A program made the translations under genes and the position numbers. Under the pieces are notes generated by a model. The model was not told where the DNA came from, ran no database searches, and saw nothing but the letters and a program-made list of their open reading frames with translations. DNA of 45,924 nt from Basidioascus undulatus (lineage: Eukaryota), in contig JTLS01000021.1 of the NCBI GenBank assembly GCA_000826855.1, positions 1-45,924 on the forward strand, read 5' to 3'. Of the stretch, positions 36,701 through 45,924 are shown one piece after another. Position 1 is the first letter of the stretch. Every line of letters begins with the position of its first letter.

Positions 36701-38892
36701 GGAGACATGACCAACCTGCGCTTCGTCGTCCAGAGCGTCGCCGTCTTCTTCGCCCTCCTTCTTTGCAGCCATGATGAGCTCTCCGGGGGCCACCTCCAGA
36801 GGTCTCTGCAGAATATTCACGACAGTGAGTTGGACGAGCGAACAAACCCCGATGCGCAATACACGTACACCCTTCTTGACCAGCCCTACTAGTTTCAGGT
36901 AGTCGGAGACGTCGCCGATCATCATGCCGCCGAGCACGTACTTGCCGTCCGCCGTGAAGAGGTACTTCAATGTGTAAAGTATTCAGCACTTGAATTCCAG
37001 GGATAATCGTCCGGATCAACTCACCTTCTTGTAGGTGTTTGAGAAAGGATCGCGGTAGGTCAAGGCCTGCACTTGCGGCTGTTCGGGGATGTTCGAGTCC
37101 TGATCCACGTGTCGCCTTCGTCAGTTTTCTGGACCAACTGAGGAGGATTTAAATGTTCGCACCTTGATCTCTGAGCCGATCTCCACCCGCTTCGGTCCAA
37201 TCTTCGCTGAGCAGCCCTTCAGCGCTTTGCTAGGGTCCTTGTCGGCAAAGTAGTCGCCGAACGACGCGACGTTGACGCCCTAAAGAGAGAGGTGCCAGTT
37301 CAGACAGCATTGGAGGAGAGCATGATGAATATCGCGCACCATGAGCTTCAGCTTGGTCGACAAGTCCGGATAGGTCATCTTGCGGATCTTGTGGCTCGGT
37401 GCGTAGGTCAAGTTGGCAGCGAGGACGTCGGCCATTTCGACGCCTGGGGCGATCAGACCAAAAGTATTACCCCGCCAGGACGCGCACTCGCCGATAGCGT
37501 AGACTGACAGGGACCGAAAGGTCAGCAGGCGCCCGGTGTGTGCCACAGCAGATGAGGCCACTCACCATCAGGAGCATTGGTGCGGAGCTCATCGTCAACC
37601 TTGAAGCCACCCCGCGGATCCTTCTCAAGACCGCTCCTCTCAGCAAGCTCGTCGCGAGCCTTGATACCAACGCTGTGCCATTAATTCATCTGGCGTGCTT
37701 CAGTTCCTGCGCTTGCGTCCAAAGGAAAGACCGCACCCACGCGAAAACGATCATGTCTACGTCATAATCTTCGCCGGACTCGAGAGCAAAGGCTTGGATG
37801 ACATCAGAAGAGACGTTGAGATCCCGAATACGCGTCTGGAGGAGGACCTCGACGCCGAGGGCGCGCACTTGGTCGAGGACTAGGTTGCCGGCCGCCTCAT
37901 CCAGTTGCCGCGAGAGGACCCACTTGTTGCGCTCGACGAGGGTGACCTGTTGAAGACGCAATAAAATGGTCAGATTTTCTCGTCAGATGGGACCAAGGAA
38001 AGGCAGGAACTGTACCTTCGGGACAGTCTCCAGGTCCAGCAGCGCCTTGGCCGCCTCCAAACCCAACAAGCCACCGCCAACGACCGCGGCGCGCTTGACT
38101 TTCCCGCTCTGAGCGTAGGCGATCATGCCGTCCAAGTCTGTACATCATCAAGGCACAGTTCATCAGCATCACGGCAAGATTTTCACGCCCAACTACGTTG
38201 CTACCCCGCACCTTTGATGTTGCGGTAGACAAATACACCGTCCGTCTTTACAGCACGTTCCCAGGACACGTACGGTGGTAGTGCGCCGTGAGAGCCAGTG
38301 ACCAGAACGCAGATGTCGTAATGAAGAGGGCGTCCGGAGGCAGTGTGCGCGACGTGACCGACTGTTTCGAGCGCAACCACTTCGTCGCCGGTGTAGTAGG
38401 TAAGCTTGCCTGGTTTGTGACTGGTGTACCTAAAATATGGAAACATCTGGTGAGTTTTGTCACCATGGCCACAATGAGCTTCAGCGGTGGCGCACCAGTC
38501 AAGCGGGTTGATGTGAAGTTCTTCGACCGAGCGAGAAAGGAAGTATTGAGTGAGGCCGACCTGTGAAGAGAAGGCACTTCAGCATTCAGACCCTTTAATG
38601 CCTCCAAAATTTTCCCAGGATCTTGTGGCTTACACGATTGTAAGCGATGTGAGGCTCGTCGCCAACGATGGTAATGACATATTGATCGTCTTCGTCCATT
38701 TTCAACAGCTTCTCGACAAACGCGATTCCCACCTGTCGCCACCGTCCCGCCCCAGTTTATGTGAGTTGCCAAACTTCGACAGCTATACCGATAATATCAG
38801 GAAATACGCACCATGCCAAAGCCAACGACGAGCACCCGCTTGACAGGCGACCCGGAGGCGTTCGTCATGTCCGCGCCCACATCAGGAGCCAT
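33718..38892 (-). CDS. niiA: NAD(P)H nitrite reductase (mirror copy)
   Basis: Reverse complement of 7033-12207. Confidence 0.97.
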
Positions 38893-39048
38893 CCTGTCTA
38901 TGCGAGAGGCCTACGGTTGGGAAAGCCGCGGCGAGGGATTTAATTGAATATGGAATATAGAAGGGTGTGGTTTGCAGTTGAGGTGAGATGAAGGGATTCA
39001 GAAGGAGAGGACGTTGGGCTCTGGAAGACTGAAAAGGCGGGCTGGCTG

Positions 39049-39634
39049 CGATAAGAACCTCGCATGCTCGTTCGAGCCCTGAACTCTCTGTCCTCTCCTG
39101 CTAATGATCGACAGACGGCATGGCGCAGTGGGCATTTGTGAGCGATGCCGAGCATGCCTTATCACGAAAGATATTCATGAGCAAGGGCATTGGCTCGAAG
39201 AGGGCCAGAGATAACGAAGATATCGAAGTGCGCGGTTGACAGGCGGCGAATACCGTTCAGCGCCACGGCTCCCCGACTGTCTTTCTCTTCCAAGCGTTTT
39301 CTTTCGTTTCCAGCTGCCAGTGCAGCTCTTGTTGGAGGTAGTCTATGACTAAAGTTCTCATTCGAAAGCGTGCTTGTCTGGACCGGACTCGTACAAGTAT
39401 CCGCGGAGAGGTCTTTCGGTCCTGCGGGCCAACGGCGAGAGTCTTGTTACGTTACTGGTCTTTCACTGCTTGTTGCCAGCGTGGACATTGGTGATTCGGT
39501 AAGACTACTTTGGGCTTCTAAGTATATCATCTCGGCTACTGACGAGCAGACCGCCAGTGTGTTGCACGCCTTGCGAAATAAATAAAAAAACCCCGTCGCG
39601 CTCACTCAGCCCATTATCACCTTGACGATGATAA
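39049..39634 (-). promoter_or_regulatory. GATA/NirA-like site cluster (mirror copy)
   Basis: Reverse complement of 6291-6876. Confidence 0.55.
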
Positions 39635-39856
39635 ATCCTCATAGGCGCTAAACTCATTATACGTATTCAAACTGACAAAATTGAGTATTTCACCGGTGGG
39701 TGCTGCACAGAGTGACTGCGTTATGAGAGGACCTACACGCATCTGAGGCCACAGTCGCAGTTCGCCAATCCTTGCATAACACGACCAACACATTCATGAT
39801 ATTTCGGACTTCATTTCACATCTATCGTTCATTCATATCTTTGATCCAAGACCCCC

Positions 39857-42828
39857 TCATGTGTCGCCAGTTTGGAACCCAAGCAAAGCAGACTGCGCGG
39901 TCTGAAGGAGCAGGATCTTTGCCTTCAAGTCGTCGCGTTCGTTTTGCGATGTCCGAACAAGTATGTTAGTCAAGGGCGTATCTTGCCACAGGTATTGAGA
40001 AACATAACACGCACGGTAATGTCTGGGTCCTAAGCCACAAAGTCGTTGCAACGCTGACGCCCCTCCGGATCGGCCAGATGGAGGTTTGAGGTGAGAGTCC
40101 CTTGCACATTGCGGCCGAAGGCTCTGACAAGCGAGTAGTCGATCTCCATGGGTACCGTGTCGACCACGCCCTGTGGATGAACACTTGTGCCTTCTTCCAA
40201 ATTGCAATACATTGACTTGGAAACACGTACTTTGTACGGTACCTGAAAGTAAGCCGAACTTGCGCACAGACTTGCAACTCTTGCTCCCACTCGTCGGCCC
40301 CACGCAGCTTCGCGAGATCCTTCTCGTTCTGAACAGGGTAACCGAGCCCGGACAACCCGGCAAGAACTTCGTTGAGCTTAGTTGGGTCTGTCGCCGACGC
40401 CGTGGATCGTTCGTGTTTTGCGCGAAACTCCTTGTAGTGCGCCAGTGACATCTTCTGCAAAGCAACCAACTTCAATGGAAGGCGCGTTTGAAAGCAAAAA
40501 TGATTTGTACGTTCTATTCCGTAAAATAATGACTGGCTGTTGAGTGTCGCAGGCGTGCGCTCCAGCTCGATTAGGTGTCGCACGCGGTCTTTCCACGTTT
40601 GCACGCACAGTGTCCATCTGCTTCGCGAGCGAGGCTCTACGGGTGTGCGTCGGCTTCGACTCCAGGGTATATCTGTATGGGAACACTAACTCGACCGCAG
40701 AAGCAAGACCGCCATAGTTAAAGCGACCAAAGTAGATGGGAACCACTCGGTTGACGTGAACCTGCAGCGCATTCGCGAAGCGACCGAAGCATTCGAGTGA
40801 CGGCTCTTGCCAATTTTTCACGAACTTGGAGGTCAGAAACTTTCGACGAGAACGGCACATTGTAGGAAGCTCTCGGGTGAGAGACCTGTGCGAAGAGATC
40901 GTCATCCAAGAACGGGCGTCACGTCGCGCAGCCGCAAAGGGAACCGAACGCACTTCTTGATATGCTTCCGAACATCGTCAAGAGCAAGCTCCGGGTAATC
41001 TGCTGTCTCCTCGTCGTCAATCAGATCATCCATAAAAACTCGGGTTCCGGCAAATGCACCGTGCAAAGGGGCTTTTTAGCCGTTGCTCCCGTTGAGCTGC
41101 TTCTCGTCATCCTGCTCCCTTTCCGCCCTTGAGAATGGGCGAAAGCGAGGGACGGTACGTCTGATGTCGCAGGCGCAAGTCTCTTGCGAACCGTTCATTT
41201 CTTGGATGAGCTCCGCTTTGACCGACGGGCCCTTGATGTCCTGTTGAATGTCGCTCGCGAAAGTGTTGATCAGTTCGAGAATCTGGGACGCAGGATCATC
41301 TGACGCCGGAGGGGGAAGTTCCTTGAGTGCTGCCCTCGCGTCTTGCAAGAGCTTGCGAGCTCTGCGCGTAGATGGGGCAGCCTGTGGAAGCTCCCTGCCC
41401 TTGTGAGAATGACACTGATTTGGTACAAGTGGAACGGCCGACATGCCTTTCATTGATGAGCTGAGTGAGCAGGTTGCTGAGAAGGCCGGTGAGGCTCTTG
41501 CTCCCCCTCCGAGAGCCCGCCGCAGCCTAGACTTGCTCTGCTCAAAGTTCTCGTTCTCCTTCTTGCGGGCGTCGTGCCAGCTCGTTCATTTCTTGAGGTC
41601 TGCCGCCGCCGATGCCATACGACGAAATAGCCGTGGCGGAGAGGATGCTTCCGGTTTGTAAGAACCTCGATCCACGGCTGATGGTCCTCCTCTTGAACCC
41701 TGTCAGGCTTCGTAAGAACCCCTGGTCACTTCGCAAATTCAGCAATTTGTTCATAATGTGCTTTTGGCTTCCAGTTGAATTGTATGGACGCACCGATGGT
41801 TCGCCTACCGTCGGGATCAGCTTCCTTGGCGAGCTGACGAGCGCCGGAGTTTTCCAGACCATCTGCAACGTATGTTCAGTTTCGAGATACTGAAGCTCAT
41901 ACTGAGCAATAGCGCACCTGACATGCTCAGAGTGACGAAAATCAGGCAATGACTGGCAATCCGCGAGGACACCATGGACCGGATGAGCTCGATGTCTTCC
42001 TCCGGCCCGCTGGAGATCATGCATACGAAGCAGCAACTTAGCCACAATCTGTTGAAAATTTATGCTGATTTACTCACCAGGAAAGTCGATCAAGCAAAGG
42101 TCCGTTTCGTCCGGGCTTGAAATATGCAGGCACACCAAATATTCATCGAAAACGACACTGCGGTGGTGCGCTGCCTCGCCTGCTTGATGAGCTGCTCGAG
42201 GTCGCCATGGACCCACTTCTGGAAGTCCTTCGAGGCGCCCCTCTGGATAGAGGATGGCTTGATGCGCCCGCCGAATGAGGTCTTCGACCGCAGCAGGCTC
42301 CGAAACGCTTGGCCCAAAGTCGAACGCCTCCACGGCGAGATCGTCGTACTCCAGGCGGAGGGAGATCTGACACTTCCCGGGTTGCCCGGACTCGGAAGAA
42401 GTCAAGTTGACCTTCGTAGGGCAGCTACATCGACCAACGGAAAGACCGTTGAGTTGCTTAGCATGTGTGCAGCCGGTGCGCAGATCTGGAACTCGAGCGC
42501 AGAACAGAAATTATGCTGATCTATAACCGAGGATTTCTGACGAGAATACCAAATTAGGCAATGGAACTTTTAATGGTCCAGAATCGAGCACGAGCTTACC
42601 CCAGCACTCTATTGCCTATGACGACGATCTGAGGAATGTCGATGTGAGCTGGGCGCTTTGTACTCCGCGAATGAGCAACGTTGTCGCTGTATCCAAGCAC
42701 ATGAATCCTCACGCGGTGCTCCTCATCTCCCGCACCATCTTCATGAGCTTGCGCTTCCTCTCCGCGTAACGGCTCTTGCTCAGGCCGCCGTCAGGCTGCC
42801 CGTCGATGTTATCGGCCGTTTTCGCCAT
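39857..42828 (-). pseudogene. Dynamin-family GTPase pseudogene (mirror copy)
   Basis: Reverse complement of 3097-6068. Confidence 0.85.
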
Positions 42829-45409
42829 GGCTGTAAACCGAAGTGACTTTAGCCTCGTGTGGGATAAGACGAGAGAGTCGAGCTGCGTGGAAATGACGGA
42901 GCCGCTACAGTAAGATCCGAAACATGCGGTATCGAGCTCGCGAAATCGTTCCGCCTCGTTTGAAACAGAACTTCATTTGATTCCTGTACGCCTATCGAGC
43001 ATAATAACAGAAGAAATCAACTTTTAAAGCAGGACGACAACTAACTGCTAGACAACAACTGTTCTTGTGTCCACATCGGACGCGAGCCGGAGTCATGTTG
43101 CCTCGCACAGCGACAACATACAGAATTGACAGGTCGCCGAGTTCCTCGAGATGCCTTGCCTCCTAGAAAGTTTAGAGGTGACCTTTCTCCTTTCGAGACT
43201 CTGTATCTAGCTTTTTCTCAACCTGCCGGTCCTTCGAGAAAGGCATGGTCAGGCCCAGGGTGCTCCGCCAAGGCCGTCCGCTCTTCAAAAGCTGCTTGCC
43301 CCAGCAGACTCTGTTGGCTGTCTACATTTAACGGCGGAATGCCCAAGACGCATTATTGCAGTATTCTACAATTCCTACATCTTTGGACGGCATGGCTGTA
43401 GGGCATGTTTGGCAGTATCACGACAATCGCCGGGCTTCCATGCCTAAAATGGCTGCATTTGTTTCGGTTTAGTTACAACTTCTACCGAAATGCCTGGACT
43501 TGCTCTGACATGGGAGGTGGCACTCGAGGTTCAGCACATCGTGCGTGCCATTCCTCGTCCTTTATCTGGTTCCGCACCCGCCTTTTTCCCCTCGCGGCGT
43601 CGTGTCCCCTCTTTCTCTCTGCCCCACATCGCCACTTGCTCTCATCCCTTCATATATTTTCGTCGCTGCTCCCAGAGCTCGGATTCCTTCCCTCGTTTCG
43701 AGTACGGGGTGCCTCTGGCGCACTACCGCTCGTCCGTCTGCTTCAGTGCCTGAGCACTTCGTTCTTCTTTTGGGGTTTGGCCTCCCTTCCGAATTTCCTT
43801 TCAGCATCACGAGCCGACTCTTTTCGGGTGCCTCTGTGCACTCCTTTCTTTTTGCCGGATGCCCCAGCGCAGCGCGTTGTCTTCGCTGGTTCCCTGTTTT
43901 CCCGGTGGTACCTCAGTACTCCACCATCTTCTCCCCTTTCTGGGGTACGGACTTTACCCTTCGGGTGCCCATTATCCTGGCTTCGTCCCTCTAGTTCCCT
44001 CGGCGCTGCGAGTGCTCATCAACATCTGGTACCACCGGCTGCTCATGTCGAACCCCAGTCGCCCCAAGTCCGTCGGGTGGTTATGGTCACTAACCTGCCC
44101 CGGAATTCCGCTCACCTACCCCTGCTCCGGTCTTGGATCGCAGTGTCACCGAGCTGCGTAACCTGAGGTGAGGGGAACACATAAAGCGGTGGCGCGCACT
44201 CTTTTGGTCGCGCCCCTTGCCTTTTGTGAACATCCCAGACGCCAGCATGGCCATTCGACGGGCCATGGTTACGACTTCTCCCCAACCACGGGCGCAACAT
44301 TGCACGTGATATTCTCCAGCACTGTCGCGACTTCGAGCGAGGAACGACCAAAATGTCGCTCACTCGGCCCAGGCGCGCTGTCTGCTAGGACAACGGCGCA
44401 GGCGGCGTCATGCGTGTCAGTCGTAATGGTGTACGTGAGGCGGAGCAATCTGGGCATTAGAAAAGGCGAGCTTGAAATAAATGAATTATTTATTGAAAGT
44501 TTCGGTACGCGTTCCGGTCGTTGAACGCGCCAACGATTTTACGCCAGGTCCAGCCACGCTGCCAGTGGAGTACTTCAGCCCGGCTTCGACTCGCCTGGCA
44601 GTGCTTCTATTAGCTCAGGTACGTTTTGGGTGGGGTTTCGAGTCCTGTTAAGAGGATTGTTTAAAAATGAACGAATAAGATTAGGCCTGTGGTGTGCGAA
44701 AGCGGTGACACCCTTGTTTCAGCGAGCCCCAACCTCTTATCAGAATATCCCACCAATCCCACCCCAGTAGCCCAGGGCGGGGCGCGAAATAACGCAACAA
44801 CATGTTTTTAAAAGTGCACTACTGAGGCGACTCTGGAGTGCTGCATCCAAAACCGGCGCATTCACTGACGGACGGTGAGTTGCGTCGAATTCAGCTGAAC
44901 CACACCGCCGGGGATGTGCTTCGCAGCCATCCAACCACGCAATGCAAGTATCATGCGAGATCAGGACGTGGAAGACATTTTTTCAGTTGTCGCGAGCTCT
45001 GCAGGCTCAGTGTCAGGGACGGTCTGACAGCCCGGGTGCGATCCGGATAGCAACCGAGCGCGACGCTCGTGACTATTGCCCGACACCCAATGTTGCGACT
45101 ACGATACGCTCATGTAAAACCAGAATAAAAGCGAGCAAAGGAAAGTGTATACTGTCCGCCATACTCCAATTGTCTCATACAGCCTAGCTCTACCCACCAG
45201 CTCCGCAGGAGTGGGATCGAACACCCCAGGCCTGAGAGTACCTCGCGACCCCTTTCCCATAGCAGGCGAGATAACAAGCAAGGCATCTTCGCACCTTCAG
45301 GCCCATCAATAACGCAGTCAAGACCGCACTCCGACGGTATACATGACGGCAAGTTGCAGCTGCGATTCCGGATTCCAAACAGAGCCCGCAGAGCGACTCG
45401 CAAGTCCCC

Positions 45410-45924
45410 TCAAACAGGCATCAACGCCAACCCATCCGCACACGCCCACCTCGTGAACCCCCTGACCCCGGGGCCCGCATCCACCTCCTCTCCGCACCTC
45501 ATAGGCTCCTCCCCCAACCCAGGAACCCTCACCTCCCCCTGATCCCCCACCCCACCTTCCAGCAAGTCCCCGGAAGAAGTCGCGTCAGCGATCGCGCGCA
45601 TCACATCATCGACATCGCGGATCTCCTCCGGCAAGCGAGAAGCGAGGGCGGAGGTCAGCTGCGTGAGCGCACGGAGCGAGGGTGGGGCGGGCGTGAGGGG
45701 TGTCGAGGGAAGAGAGGGGGCGCGGAGGAGGTGGAACTGCGTACGGTGGGAGGGGGTGAGCTGAGGAGGAGGGAGGGAGGGGAAGAGGCGCACGAGGAGG
45801 TCGTGGTACGCTTGTGGGGAGGGGAGGAAGGCCTCGGAGAGGCGCACGGCGGAGATGAGGAGGAAGGTGATCTGCTCGTCCTGTCTCCCGGAGGTCAGCT
45901 TGCGAACCGGGCGTTGGATGGGGG
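45410..45924 (-). CDS. ARMH3/DUF1741-like 3' end (mirror copy), partial
   Basis: Reverse complement of 1-515. Confidence 0.5.
   Translation of the reverse strand, partial: PIQRPVRKLTSGRQDEQITFLLISAVRLSEAFLPSPQAYHDLLVRLFPSLPPPQLTPSHRTQFHLLRAPSLPSTPLTPAPPSLRALTQLTSALASRLPEEIRDVDDVMRAIADATSSGDLLEGGVGDQGEVRVPGLGEEPMRCGEEVDAGPGVRGFTRWACADGLALMPV

Larger units (their letters stand above)
1..45924. repeat. Window-spanning inverted repeat (two ~22.95-kb arms, 24-nt asymmetric spacer at 22951-22974)
   Basis: The start cccccatccaacgcccggtt is the reverse complement of the end aaccgggcgttggatggggg. Essentially every ORF in the track has a mirror with start+end=45925, so there is no net indel. Pairing holds inward to 22950/22975. 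Confidence 0.99.

Noticed and set aside
43..45882. RIP-like mutation explaining the arm differences
   Set aside because: Too few changes, and the dinucleotide contexts are mixed (CpG, CpA, CpC).
1..45924. CRISPR array, tRNA/rRNA genes, autonomous transposon with giant TIRs
   Set aside because: No regularly spaced repeats, no tRNA or rRNA signatures and no transposase, RT or integrase motifs seen. The arms consist of ordinary host genes with no internal cargo.

Overview
Eukaryotic, intron-rich, GC-rich fungal DNA, most likely a basidiomycete. The whole 45,924-bp window is one giant inverted repeat: base i pairs with base 45925-i from position 1 to the last base. The only breaks I found are a 24-nt asymmetric centre (22951-22974) and four substitutions between the arms, so there is only about 23 kb of unique sequence. 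Each arm carries, from the outer end inwards: the 3' end of an ARMH3/DUF1741-like gene; a stem-rich non-coding stretch; a decayed dynamin/Mx-like GTPase; an intact NAD(P)H nitrite reductase with about 30 introns, a 4-nt micro-exon and a GATA/NirA-like promoter; ELP4; a cytochrome b561 protein; three decayed F-box/LRR-like genes; and TMEM256/DUF423. The fold-back point lies inside the lysine-rich 3' tail of a NOP58-like gene, whose 5' part is absent. The most economical explanation is a fold-back read or assembly artefact. A real fold-back amplification of a nitrite-reductase locus cannot be excluded from sequence alone.
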